The position numbers and the translations under genes were made by a program. This document shows, one piece after another, positions 34,731 to 46,300 of a stretch of DNA of 64,000 nucleotides; position 1 is the stretch's first letter, and each line of letters starts with the position of its first letter. The DNA lies in the NCBI GenBank assembly GCA_963809485.1, contig CAWEJX010000001.1:128001-192000 (forward strand), given 5' to 3'. The stretch comes from an uncultured Acidobacteriota bacterium (lineage in GTDB: Bacteria; Acidobacteriota; UBA6911). A model generated the notes under the pieces. That model saw only the letters and a list, made by a program, of their open reading frames with translations. It made no database searches and had not been told where the DNA came from.

Positions 34731-34953
34731 GTCAGGTACCTCCGGCAACGCCGGAGGCTTAAAAGATTTGAACCGCTCAAAGCGGTTGGAGGAGTTACGC
34801 CGGTCTTGAACGCTGACTTACGCGGGCAAAAGCCGATCCTCGCCGAACAAATCGGCGTTTGTCAGCGCTTTTGTCAGCGTATCTCAGCGTTTCAAAATAC
34901 GGAGCTGTCAAACTCTTTGAGTCCCCCGGCAGAGCCGGGGATTTACCAATGTA
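34731..34953 (-). mobile_element. Non-autonomous IS200/IS605-type element, family A copy 3 (223 bp)
   Basis: Same ends as copies 1 and 2; lacks 64 bp of the central hairpin. Confidence 0.85.
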
Positions 34954-34956
34954 ATT

Positions 34957-35541
34957 ATGGGAAATTCCGCAACAAGAAGAAGAGCGGCAGCGCAGCGCCA
35001 CGAACAGATCCGGGCAAAGACCTCAGGGCTGGTGCGCCAGGATAAAGCCCACCCTTGCTTCATAGCGGACGTGATGCTTGGCCGGCTGGCGAAATGGCTT
35101 CGCATCGCGGGTTTCGATGTCCTGTATTCCAACCGGTTCTCGGACGATGAACTGATCTCCCTGTCCAACCGTGACGGGCGGATACTCCTGTCACGCGACA
35201 CGCGGCTTCTGGTGCGAAAGCCGGTCAGGGATTTCATATTCCTGGAAAGCCAGAACGTTCAGGATCAGATCCGGCAGATTCTTGGGGCTTTGAATCTCAC
35301 GGCCCTCCCTTCCCTTCTTACCCGCTGCCTCTCGTGCAACGAGACGCTTGTGAGTGCTTCGCGCGAAATGGTGCGAAATAGCATCCCGGTTTTTGTCTAT
35401 GAAACGCAACGGCAATTCAAGTCCTGTCCCAAGTGCGGCAGGATTTTCTGGGCCGGAACTCATCGCGGTTCGGTTATTCGCACGCTTGAAAAGCTCTTGC
35501 CGGAAAAGAAGGTTGGTTGGCAGGGCGGTCTTCCCGCTTGA
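34957..35541 (+). CDS. Mut7-C RNase (PIN-like plus Zn ribbon) protein (start uncertain)
   Basis: FIADVMLGRLAKWLR, LLSRD, RCLSCN, CPKCGRIFWAGTH. Confidence 0.88.
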   Translation: MGNSATRRRAAAQRHEQIRAKTSGLVRQDKAHPCFIADVMLGRLAKWLRIAGFDVLYSNRFSDDELISLSNRDGRILLSRDTRLLVRKPVRDFIFLESQNVQDQIRQILGALNLTALPSLLTRCLSCNETLVSASREMVRNSIPVFVYETQRQFKSCPKCGRIFWAGTHRGSVIRTLEKLLPEKKVGWQGGLPA

Positions 35542-35664
35542 CTTATGAAGCAATCCGAAAATAGGATGCATGCTGCAATCGGCTGAAACAAAATTCGGCC
35601 CGGAATCTCATACTTGGGTGTCATTGGAAGATTTAACGGATACAATTATTCTGAGGGGTGTTCT

Positions 35665-36222
35665 ATGCGGCATCTCATGGCAGTTATCATCATTCTGGCA
35701 GCGGCCCTGCCGACGGCATCGGGAGAAACACCCGGGTCGTCTCCAACCTCGCCCGCACCCGTCGGGGCGACCGTCACCGGCATTATTGAGTGCGGCGAAG
35801 GTTATACCTCTCACGAGCTTTATGACATGAAAATCACTCTGCTGGAAGTTGTGCGGGCGGAGGAGGCATGGAAGCGTATCCGGGAAGCCGACAGCGCAAA
35901 CAAAGCGCCCAATCCCGGTTTTGACTACCTGCTTGCCCGCGTCAAGTTCGAATACTACGCCAGGGGTACGCCCGGACTCTGCATTCATCAGCTGACGCCG
36001 GACCAGTTCACCGCCTATTCCGCCGACGGAGAAGAGTATAAGCCCGCTTCCGCGGTGCCCCCTAAGCCGGAAATGCGCAAAGCCCTTAAATCCGGAGAGG
36101 CTTTGGATGGATGGCTTGTTTTTTCCGTCAATCAGCAGGACGCGGCGCCCCTGCTATCCTATTCCGCCGACACGGGCGGCGCCGTCATGCATGGTGGGGG
36201 CAAGTGGTTTCTTCTCCGCTGA
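35665..36222 (+). CDS. Exported hypothetical protein (DUF4352-like Ig fold possible)
   Basis: RBS GAGGGG, signal peptide, PAPVGATV..ITLLEVVR, LKSGEALDGWLVF. Confidence 0.6.
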   Translation: MRHLMAVIIILAAALPTASGETPGSSPTSPAPVGATVTGIIECGEGYTSHELYDMKITLLEVVRAEEAWKRIREADSANKAPNPGFDYLLARVKFEYYARGTPGLCIHQLTPDQFTAYSADGEEYKPASAVPPKPEMRKALKSGEALDGWLVFSVNQQDAAPLLSYSADTGGAVMHGGGKWFLLR

Positions 36223-38387
36223 CCCAAAACCAGAAAGACCGAGTAGTCCAGCTCATACGATCCCTGAAAACCAACAGCTTCACATTCCGGGATACCGTGC
36301 GCTGGCTCGACCTGGACAGCGACGACCGCAGAAGCCTGCAGCGTTTTCTGGACGAGTTGGATGCTGCAGGAATAATTCGGCGCGTGAAGCGGGGAAGGTA
36401 TAGCCTGCCCGCGCGCGAAAACCTTGTTTCGGGAATTCTGGCCTGCCATCGGGACGGCTACGGCTTTTTGATCCCGGACGACCGCACGCAGTACAAAGAA
36501 GATATTTTCATCCCGGCACGGAACATGGAGGATGCGCTCCATGAAGATCGCGTCCTGGTAAAGGTTGCCACCAAACAGGTCCGGCCCCACCATCGCGGGC
36601 GGCGCCGCATCCGGGAAGAAGAAAAGCCACGGCTCGAGGGCACGGTTGTCCGGGTGCTTGAGAGACACCGATCGACGATTGTCGCACGCTATCACGAGCA
36701 CATTCGCTTTCCGTTTGTCACTCCACTGGACGCCCGCATCCTTTACGAAATACGGATCCCGTTTCAGGCCGCCAGAGGAGCAAAGGAAGGCCAGATTGTC
36801 GTGGTTGCCATCACTCTCCCTCCCGGAAGAAACCAGATCCCTCAGGGGAAGGTCATCGAAATACTCGGATACCCGGGGGATCCCGGGATTGAATATAGGA
36901 TCGTTGAACACAAATTCGGTCTTCCGGTGGACTTCAGTTTTGAGGCCCTTAAGGAAGCGTCAAAGCTTCCCGCGCGCGTGCCGGAGGAGGAGCTTGCGGG
37001 GCGCGAAGATTTCCGCCAGGAGGTTGCTGTAACGATCGACGGAGAGACAGCCAGGGATTTCGACGACGCGGTCAGTCTCAAAAAACTCCCATCGGGGAAC
37101 TATCTCTTGGGAGTACATATAGCGGATGTTTCTCACTATGTGCGCGAAAACACGGCTCTCGATTCCGAAGCCTACGAACGGGGAACATCCGTTTACTTTC
37201 CCGACCGCGCCATCCCTATGCTCCCGCCCAACCTCTCCAGCGGAATCTGCAGTCTGCAACCCGGTGCGGACCGGCTCGTTCTGTCGGCGCTCATGGAAAT
37301 TGATACAAAGGGCAAGGTTGTTCAAAAGTCATTTGCAGAAGGAGTTTTGAGGAGCCATGCGCGGATGACCTATACTTCCGTAGCAAAAATCCTCGAAGAC
37401 CGGGATCCCGAAGAAAGGCAGCGCTTTGCCGCCCTGGTTCCTCTTTTCGAGACCATGGAGGAGCTTTGCCGGATTCTGTCCAGGAAGAGGTATCGACGCG
37501 GAGCGGTCGATTTTGATCTGCCGGAGGCGGAGATACGGTTTTCCGAAAGCGGCGAGGTGATCAGCGTTGTCCCTGCCGAACGCAACATTGCCCACCGCAT
37601 TATTGAGGAATTCATGCTGCTGGCCAACGAATGCGTCGCCGGGAGGTTGAACTCATCGGGAAGCCCGGTCCTTTACCGCGTGCATGAAAAGCCCGATCCC
37701 AAAAAGGTAGAGGATTTCGCGGAATTTGCCCGGGTGCTCGGATACAAGCTGGAAAAGCACGACGGAGAATACCACCCGAAGGACTTTCAAAAATTCGTGG
37801 CGCAGCTGGAAGGGAAAAGCGAGCAGCGTTTTCTGGCCTATCTCATGTTGCGCTCTTTCATGCAGGCGCACTATTCGGAATCCAATGTGGGCCACTTTGG
37901 CCTGGCTGCGGCCGAATACACCCACTTTACTTCCCCCATTCGAAGATATCCGGACCTGTTAATCCACCGGCTTCTGAAGGAATGCCTCCGTAAAACGCCT
38001 TCGTCCGCCTGGCAGGCGCAGGTAGCCGAACGGCTCGGACAGATCGCCTTGCACACGTCAACCCGGGAACGTGTGGCAGACGAGGCCGAACGTGAGATAG
38101 AGCGCATTAAGAAAGCCCAGTTCATGGCCGACAAAGTCGGGGACACGTTCGATGCACTTGTTTTTTCCGTCTCACGGCAGGGATTATTCGTGGAACTGCT
38201 GGACCACTTCGTCGAAGGATTCGTCCCTTTCATCACCCTGACGGACGACGACTACGAGTACCACGAAAGGACTCACTCCCTGGTTGGAAGGCGGCACCGG
38301 TTTCAATTGGGATCGAAAATACGGGTGCGCCTGGACAGGGTTGATATGGATACCGCCCGGCTTATGTTTTCAGTGGTTAGTGGCTAG
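36204..38387 (+). CDS. rnr: Ribonuclease R (start approximate)
   Basis: HRDGYGF, TIDGETARDFDDA, HFTSPIRRYPDL, C-terminal S1 domain. Confidence 0.95.
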   Translation: MVSSPLTQNQKDRVVQLIRSLKTNSFTFRDTVRWLDLDSDDRRSLQRFLDELDAAGIIRRVKRGRYSLPARENLVSGILACHRDGYGFLIPDDRTQYKEDIFIPARNMEDALHEDRVLVKVATKQVRPHHRGRRRIREEEKPRLEGTVVRVLERHRSTIVARYHEHIRFPFVTPLDARILYEIRIPFQAARGAKEGQIVVVAITLPPGRNQIPQGKVIEILGYPGDPGIEYRIVEHKFGLPVDFSFEALKEASKLPARVPEEELAGREDFRQEVAVTIDGETARDFDDAVSLKKLPSGNYLLGVHIADVSHYVRENTALDSEAYERGTSVYFPDRAIPMLPPNLSSGICSLQPGADRLVLSALMEIDTKGKVVQKSFAEGVLRSHARMTYTSVAKILEDRDPEERQRFAALVPLFETMEELCRILSRKRYRRGAVDFDLPEAEIRFSESGEVISVVPAERNIAHRIIEEFMLLANECVAGRLNSSGSPVLYRVHEKPDPKKVEDFAEFARVLGYKLEKHDGEYHPKDFQKFVAQLEGKSEQRFLAYLMLRSFMQAHYSESNVGHFGLAAAEYTHFTSPIRRYPDLLIHRLLKECLRKTPSSAWQAQVAERLGQIALHTSTRERVADEAEREIERIKKAQFMADKVGDTFDALVFSVSRQGLFVELLDHFVEGFVPFITLTDDDYEYHERTHSLVGRRHRFQLGSKIRVRLDRVDMDTARLMFSVVSG

Positions 38388-38414
38388 AAAGTGACAATGC
38401 TGCCCCAACCTTAA

Positions 38415-38630
<216 letters not shown>

Positions 38631-38653
38631 AAGATCAAAATACGTTCGTATAG

Positions 38654-39731
<1,078 letters not shown>

Positions 39732-39801
39732 CTGGAGCCCAGTGGTGACCTACGAAAAAAATTTCGGGGCCGCTGCCGTTTGGGCAAAACAAGGAGGATG
39801 T

Positions 39802-40825
39802 ATGCCGGTAGCTGATTACCAAATCTACTGCAAGATGCTTGAAAGGGCGCGGGAGGGGCACTACGCCTATCCCGCCATCAACGTAACATCGCTCACAACC
39901 GCAAATGCAGTGCTCAAGGGACTAACGGAGGCAAGAGTGACGGCATTATCCAGGTCTCGACAGGCGGCGGAGCTTTTGCTTCGGGGTCATCGGTGAAGGA
40001 CATGGCCCTTGGCGCCATCTCCATCGCCGAACACGTCCATCGAGCGGCAGAACGGTACCCGATCTATGTTGCTCTGCACACGGACCACTGTCAGGCGGAC
40101 AAGCTCGATAAACTCGTCATTCCTCTCGTGGAGGAGACCGAAAGACGGCGGGCAGCGGGGAGGCCCAACCTCTTCAACAGCCACATGTTCGACGGAAGCG
40201 CACTGTCGCTCAAGAGAATCTCGATATTGCGATCAAGCTTCTGGAGCGGTTCCAGAAGAATGAGCTCATTCTCGAGATCGAGGCGGGTGTGGTCGGCGGA
40301 GAGGAGGATGGAGTGTCGGGTGCGGCCGGGGCCAAGCTCTACACCACGCCCGAGGACACGCTCGAAGTTGCCAGGCGCCTCAATGCGATCAAGGGCGGCC
40401 GATATCTCCTTGCCGCGACCTTCGGCAATGTTCACGGTGTGTACAAACCGGGACAGGTGAAACTGAAACCGTCGATTCTTAGGGATTGTCAGGACGCCGT
40501 GGTGAAAAAGTACGGTGAGAAGGCCCGTTTTTTCCTTGTTTTCCATGGCGGATCCGGTTCAGAACTCCGCGACATTCACAAGGCAATTGACTACGGCGTG
40601 GTCAAGATGAACATCGACACGGACACGCAGTATGCCTTCACCCGCCCGATAGCTGGCCACATGCTGAAGAACTATGACGGCGTGCTGAAGGTCGACGGCG
40701 AGGTGGGGAACAAGAAGACTTATGATCCCCGCGTCTATCTTGGCCTGGCTGAGGCTTCCATGGCCGAGCGGGTCAAACAGGCCGTCCAGGATCTGAAAGG
40801 CGTTGGCACAACGATGTACAAGTGA
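39802..40825 (+). CDS. fbaA: Class II fructose-bisphosphate aldolase (indels near 39933 and 40215)
   Basis: YAYPAINV, ALHTDHC, SHMFDGS, FGNVHGVYKPG, VFHGGSG, KMNIDTD across three frames. Confidence 0.9.
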
Positions 40826-41012
40826 ATGGAGTAACGGAGAGTTGGAGGGATTGAGTACTGGAATACTGGAGTGATGGTGAATGAAGAGGAACAAAAACAG
40901 GGGATATCAGAAACTGCGGGTCTGGATGGATCATTTGATGATTAAGAAAGCAATGCTGCTTGCGGTTCTTGACAACCAGCCATCCATTGCTCCAATACTC
41001 CATCACTCCAGC
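40826..41012. repeat. Octamer (GGAGTAAC/GGAGTGAT-type) repeats in an inverted pair
   Basis: ggagtaacggagagttgg..gagtactggaatactggagtgatgg versus ccattgctccaatactccatcactccag. Confidence 0.7.
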
Positions 41013-41034
41013 ACTTTTCCTTTGGAGACTTACC

Positions 41035-42324
41035 ATGACTGAACACAATCTCGATTTCACCATTCAAAGGCTTGGTGAGTGCCACATTCCATCACCGATG
41101 CAGGTGGGTCAGTTTGTCGGAGACGAGGAGCGTGTACTTTATCACCACCAAATGGAAGAGGTGCGAAAATGCCTCGGTTCAGGCAAAGAACCGCCGCAAT
41201 TCGAAACCGCAGGACCGAGAGAAAAAATCTATTTTGATCCCTCGAAGCTCAAGTGCGGCATTGTCACCTGCGGCGGCTTATGTCCTGGGCTGAACGATGT
41301 GATCCGCTCCATTGTTCTCGGGTTGTTTTATCATTACGGCGTAAAGACCGTTTTCGGCTTTCGATACGGATACGAAGGCCTCACCTACCGCTATGGACAC
41401 GTCCCTCTGGAGCTAGACCCTGAGACGGTAAATAGCATTCACAAGATGGGAGGATCAATCCTCGCTTCTTCCCGCGGTCCGCAGGACAACTCCGAGATGG
41501 TGGATACCCTCGATCGGATGAACATCGGGATCCTCTTTACGATCGGAGGGGACGGCACGCTTCGTGGAGCCCAGGCCATCTCCGAAGAAATCGGCCGCCG
41601 CAGATTGAAGATTGGAGTGATCGGCATCCCGAAGACCATTGACAACGACATCTCCTTTGTGGAGTCCTCTTTCGGTTTCAACACGGCGGTATCGGAGTCC
41701 AGAACAGCGATCGACGCAGCCCATGCCGAGGCGCTCGGTGCAAGAAACGGCGTGGGGCTGGTGAAACTCATGGGCAGGGAATCCGGATTCATCGCGGCGT
41801 ATGCAACCATGGCCAACAGCGACGTGAACTTCTGCTTGATACCGGAAGCTCTTTTCTCGATCGAGGGTTTCCTCAAGGCACTAAAAGACAGGCTCAACGG
41901 GAGAGGGCATGCGGTGATCGTGGTTGGGGAAGGCGCCGGCCAGAATCTGATGCAGGAGACGGGTGCAAGAGATGCCTCGGGCAACGTCCGGTTCGGCGAT
42001 ATCGGCCCTTTTCTCAAGGACCAGATCAACGGCTATTTCAAGAAGGAGGGCATGGAGGTCAATCTCAAGTACATCGATCCCAGTTACAGTATCCGGAGCC
42101 TCCCCGCGAATCCCCGCGACTCGGCTTTTTGTCTGCTCCTGGGCCAGCACGCCGTTCATGCAGGCATGAGCGGTCGGACAAACATGGTCGTCGCCAATTG
42201 GAAGGGGGAGTTCACCCACGTGCCCATTCGCATGGCTGTTTCCAGCCGAAAAAAAATAGACCCCAACGGCCGGTTCTGGAGCACAGTGTTATCGTGCACA
42301 GGGCAGCCGAGGAAGATGGAATAG
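41035..42324 (+). CDS. pfkA: 6-phosphofructokinase, group X / ATP-type (GGDG)
   Basis: [50 protein letters not shown]. Confidence 0.92.
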   Translation: MTEHNLDFTIQRLGECHIPSPMQVGQFVGDEERVLYHHQMEEVRKCLGSGKEPPQFETAGPREKIYFDPSKLKCGIVTCGGLCPGLNDVIRSIVLGLFYHYGVKTVFGFRYGYEGLTYRYGHVPLELDPETVNSIHKMGGSILASSRGPQDNSEMVDTLDRMNIGILFTIGGDGTLRGAQAISEEIGRRRLKIGVIGIPKTIDNDISFVESSFGFNTAVSESRTAIDAAHAEALGARNGVGLVKLMGRESGFIAAYATMANSDVNFCLIPEALFSIEGFLKALKDRLNGRGHAVIVVGEGAGQNLMQETGARDASGNVRFGDIGPFLKDQINGYFKKEGMEVNLKYIDPSYSIRSLPANPRDSAFCLLLGQHAVHAGMSGRTNMVVANWKGEFTHVPIRMAVSSRKKIDPNGRFWSTVLSCTGQPRKME

Positions 42325-42325
42325 G

Positions 42326-42466
42326 GCCTACCGGGATCAGGAGCGGTGGACCCGAATGTCCATCCTAAACGTGGCCAGGATGGGAAAGTTCTCTTCTGAC
42401 CGATCGATCCGGGACTACTGCGAGAAGATCTGGAAGGTGGAGCCGGTGCCTATTGTTCTCAAGTGA
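42326..42466 (+). pseudogene. glgP: Glycogen/starch phosphorylase C-terminal remnant
   Basis: Manual translation [46 protein letters not shown]. Confidence 0.9.
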
Positions 42467-42524
42467 GCCGGCAGCCCTATGCACCCCGGCCAAGTCTGCG
42501 GGGCCGGGAGAGAGATACATCGCG

Positions 42525-42572
42525 AGTATCCTCCGGCAGAGCCAAAGGCTTTACAGTCGCCGGCCCCCCAAG
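42525..42572 (-). mobile_element. Degenerate solo end of a family B element
   Basis: agtatcctccggcagagccaaaggctttacagtcgccggccccc aligns with agtatccaccggcagagccggaggctttacggttgcaggcccct at 12911. Confidence 0.6.
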
Positions 42573-43008
42573 TTGGAAGCCGATATTTCCACCTTCCAGC
42601 GCATACATTGCAGGTGAGCCCCACGGACCGTTATAGCTTTCACCCCCTCGGCAGATCGGCTACCGAGGCAATACGAATGGACAATCGCACAGTTCGACAC
42701 TCATGCGGGCTCGATTCCCACCCGCAGTACTGATAACAAAGCACTTACGGCTCATCATTCAAGAAATTGCCGGGAAGGCTGCCGTCCAGATCCGTGCCAC
42801 GCCCTAAAAGTGAATGCCGGCCACGTTATGGTTTACCGCTATGCGCACCTCTCCAGCGATCTAGTCAAGCCGCATCGATTTCTGCGGGCTTGATCCTGCA
42901 ACGAACCGAACGCGGCAAGGGTCAGGCAAACCCGATCATGAAGCAGAAAAGGTAAGTGCCCAGCTCTTCAGCACAATCCATATTCCACCTCTTCCGAGTT
43001 TACCATCG

Positions 43009-44142
43009 TCAGCGCAGGCGCAGAAGGTGACGCACTGCGCCGGTCATGAGGCGGCGCCGCACACCTCCCTTCGGTTCCCAAAACATCCATAAAAGAACTC
43101 TCACGGGCCAAGGGACGGGGGCTGGACCTCGATCCGGGTGCTCCGCGGCAAGCCAACGATCCACAGCGTCCCGCGGATTCTCCCGGAGCTCGTCAAGCAT
43201 CGCGACCCGGTGAACGCACCCGATTGTGCAAAATGGCGCGCAGCTTTTTGGCGTCTGCGCCTCACGTTCGAGATCTTTTGGCGTGTATTTGGCAAGCGGA
43301 ACTCCCGGGTGACCGCGCTGCTGCGAGCACCAGTGCACCAGCCCCTCTTCACAGATATATAGGTAGCGTCCACCTGCGGGGCAGTGCCAGTTGTTAGGCA
43401 CGCCTAAGGATAAATTTGCCTGAAAAGGATTCCAGCGGGCGGCGGCGAAAGTGGAAAGCTGAAGCATTTTGATCTTTCGAAGAGCTGCCTGGTGTTCTTC
43501 GGACAACAGAAGTAGCTGTCCCTGGTTGTTGTGAGCGAGGCCGACAGTAAAGCTTAGGCCCAATTGGCTCGCGCGGCGTGCGATGAGCCATGCGTCCCCA
43601 GGATCGCCAACCGAGGCTCCGATCACGGAATTGACGTCGACTTCGAACAGAGCCCGTTCGGCGAGCATGCGAAGCTTCCCGTCCAATGCCTTGAGGCTTT
43701 TTTGCGATATCGCGTCCGGCGTCAAGTTGTCGATGCTGATTTGCAGGCGATCCAGACCTGAAGCATTCAGATCATCGATGCGCTCGGGAGTGATCAGCAG
43801 CCCGTTGGTGATCAGAGTGGCCAGGATGTTGCGGCTCCGGATATGCCTTACGATCGGATCCAGGGCAGGGTGAAGCAGCGGTTCTCCTCCGCTGATTGTG
43901 ATCATGGTTGTGCCGAGCTCCGCCAGCATGTCGATGCGGGCAACGATTTCCTCAAGGGGTATCGGAGCAGAGTGGTTGTCGAATTCGCTGCAATAGGCGC
44001 ACGATAAATTGCATCGCCGAATCGGCACAACATGGGCAAGCACGGGATGGGAAGCCGAACGCATGGCCATGGCAAAAAGCCGGGCTTCGCGGAATCTTCG
44101 CTGTACGCTGCGGGCTCTGCGCGTGAATCGAGCTTGTTTCAT
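43009..44142 (-). CDS. Radical SAM protein
   Basis: CNLSCAYC, SGGEPLLH, ITNG, QISID, additional C-terminal Cys; RBS GGAGG. Confidence 0.9.
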   Translation of the reverse strand: MKQARFTRRARSVQRRFREARLFAMAMRSASHPVLAHVVPIRRCNLSCAYCSEFDNHSAPIPLEEIVARIDMLAELGTTMITISGGEPLLHPALDPIVRHIRSRNILATLITNGLLITPERIDDLNASGLDRLQISIDNLTPDAISQKSLKALDGKLRMLAERALFEVDVNSVIGASVGDPGDAWLIARRASQLGLSFTVGLAHNNQGQLLLLSEEHQAALRKIKMLQLSTFAAARWNPFQANLSLGVPNNWHCPAGGRYLYICEEGLVHWCSQQRGHPGVPLAKYTPKDLEREAQTPKSCAPFCTIGCVHRVAMLDELRENPRDAVDRWLAAEHPDRGPAPVPWPVRVLLWMFWEPKGGVRRRLMTGAVRHLLRLR

Positions 44143-44143
44143 G

Positions 44144-44455
44144 TCAACCTCCGCCGCGGCGGATAGATACTTTATATGTTAAATCCTTTTTTCCCGAAAG
44201 GATTGTGGCGAGCCTGTCTTCGACGTCAATTTTGAAATGCGCGGCGATGCAGGCCAGGTGAACGCCGAAGGTTCCGCACATCTCGCCAAGCGCGCTGTAA
44301 AAGGTCCAACTCGCCCAATGGCCATGACGCCGCGCATAAGGAGCGGCTTCCCGCCCCTCTGCTCCAACCCGATCCAAAAACTTCCGGCAGGCCGCGCGCA
44401 TGGCGCGGAGACTTTCCGAAAATGCAGAGCTTCCATCGAGCTTGCCTATCTCTTC
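44144..44455 (-). pseudogene. C-terminal remnant of a DUF6650-like hypothetical protein
   Basis: SLRAMRAACRKFL..FYSALGE..FGVHLA..DVEDRLATIL resembles that family from recall. The upstream sequence does not continue it. Confidence 0.5.
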
Positions 44456-44633
44456 AGGATCCCCGCGCTGGACGCTCAACAAGTTGCTTGGTTTCAGCGT
44501 TTTGAAGCGGATGTCCCGGAAATGCTTTGGCTCGAATGTCACTTTGGCAATTAGATCTGTTGCAGCCTCGTGGCCGCAGGAGGTCTATTGCCCCCCATGT
44601 CGTTCCGGCTTCAGGCGATCGACGCCGGTCCCT

Positions 44634-44927
44634 ATGCCGCCCAAACATGCCTTCGTGCACCCTATGATCGATGCGGCGAAAACATTGCGGAATCCTCACC
44701 TCAATACCGTCCGAGGCATCCCGAACGCTCCGCTTTCTATCAGCTGTTTGAGACTCTCTTCGACAGTTACGTGCGCGCCTACGAAGAGCGCTTCGAGCCG
44801 CAATCGGGGCTCTGCGCCCGGTGGTCGTCCGTTCTGTGGAGGAGTTCCTGTCCTGCGGGCGGCTTCAAGGGGGCTTCGCGCGCATCCGCTGCACGAAATG
44901 TCGGAAGGAGCATCTGTTGGCATTTTA
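44634..44927 (+). pseudogene. IS91-family transposase N-terminal Zn-binding fragment
   Basis: YRPRHPERSAFYQL..YEERFE, a frameshift, then LRPVVVRSVEEFLSCGRLQGGFARIRCTKCRKEHLLAF, truncated before the expected SCK. Confidence 0.8.
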
Positions 44928-45045
44928 TCGATTTTATCGATATCGATTTCCTTTCCTCCTTTCCGATCTCCCCGCTCTGCTCTCGCACTCCAAGACAGAA
45001 ATGCCTATAATCTGTTATCGTGAAAACCACATTCAAGGAGGAGCT

Positions 45046-45912
45046 ATGATTCGGGCAATCGCGGTATTCGTACTACTCTTCAGCACTATGTCTGTTCGGG
45101 CGGAAACCGTCCTGACTCCTGCGGCAAAAGGATGTACCCGGGAAGGCCTTCAGAAGGCAGTCGACAAGTATATAGATGCCCTGAAGCAAGGGAAGCCATC
45201 CCTGATGCCCCTTACACCGCAGGCGAAGTACATCGAAAGAAGAAAGACGCTCAAGTTCGGAGAAGGCATCTGGCAAAAGCCTTTGGTTATTGATTTACAT
45301 CGCAGCATTCTCGACGTTGACATCTGTGAGACCTTCACCGAAATTATCAGCGCCAACAATAACCCTCAGTATGTCACCGGGACCCGTCTGAAAATTGAAG
45401 ATGGCAAGATTGCTGAGGTTGAAAGCCTCGTCAGCGATAAAAATGACTGGCTTTTCAATGCTGACGACTTTCTGAAGTACTCGTCAATAGAGAATTGGGA
45501 CCTGCTTCCTCCTGAGAAGCGCACTGATCGACAGACCCTAATCAAAGTCGCGAGCGACTACTTCGACATATTTCAGGATTATTCTGCCTTTTCAAAGGTG
45601 CCCTGGGGTATCCCCTGCGTCCGTATTGAGGGTGGAAGGTATATGAATCCCAATAACGACCCTAATCCCACCTGCACCTATGGGGTTCCTAAGGGTGGCG
45701 GTGTCCCAATGACTAACCGGCGCTATATCGTTGATGTCGATCTGGGAACAGTCGTAGGTCAAGTGGATTTTGGTGGAAGCGGACCAAAAGGGTTGTTTGA
45801 CGAGCACATGTTCCGGTTGGAAAACGGGAAACTTCGTTATGTTCACGTAATAACTTTGTGCCCCAATGGATGTCCCAAGATTCCTTCATCGAAAATAGCC
45901 CCGCCCCAATAG
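45046..45912 (+). CDS. Secreted hypothetical protein (two NTF2-like repeats possible)
   Basis: RBS AGGAGG, signal peptide, RLKIEDGKIAEVE and FRLENGKLRYVH. Visibly more AT-rich than its neighbours. Confidence 0.75.
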   Translation: MIRAIAVFVLLFSTMSVRAETVLTPAAKGCTREGLQKAVDKYIDALKQGKPSLMPLTPQAKYIERRKTLKFGEGIWQKPLVIDLHRSILDVDICETFTEIISANNNPQYVTGTRLKIEDGKIAEVESLVSDKNDWLFNADDFLKYSSIENWDLLPPEKRTDRQTLIKVASDYFDIFQDYSAFSKVPWGIPCVRIEGGRYMNPNNDPNPTCTYGVPKGGGVPMTNRRYIVDVDLGTVVGQVDFGGSGPKGLFDEHMFRLENGKLRYVHVITLCPNGCPKIPSSKIAPPQ

Positions 45913-45945
45913 CTATTTTTCGGTCGGCAGACGAAAACCGATTCA

Positions 45946-45976
45946 CTGAGTCTTCGAGTTCAACTCGAGGACTCAG
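45946..45976. terminator. Hairpin after the secreted gene
   Basis: ctgagtcttcgagtt-c-aactcgaggactcag. Confidence 0.5.
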
Positions 45977-46271
45977 CTGCCTCATTGCGACTCCTTTGGG
46001 GAGATGAACCAGCCTTTGAATTCCGGTGCGGCTACAACTTCTCTCTTACAACCCTGAGCTCCGTGCTGTTGCCCTTCATGGCAATCGAGACTTTCGGAAA
46101 GAGTTACAGGCTAGACCAACAGGAATTAGCGGTTCATGGGAGATAATTGAGCTGCCGCTTTGGCGCATCTCTTGCCATAGAGCTGCATTTTTTCTTTTGT
46201 CATCCTGAATGCGGGCCCCACTATTGACAAAGCCCCCATTACCCGCTCTTCCGAATCAAACAATGGTGCCG

Positions 46272-46300
46272 AAACCGCCAACCGCTAACCGCTAACCACT
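46272..46300 (-). repeat. Heptamer repeat (AGYGGTT)x~4 overlapping the selA stop
   Basis: Minus strand reads agtggtt agcggtt agcggtt ggcggtt. Confidence 0.75.

Noticed and set aside
44821-45912. 363-aa ORF as a transposase-secreted protein fusion
   Set aside because: A strong RBS and signal peptide at 45046 mark the real start; the upstream part is an IS91 relic that is in frame by chance.
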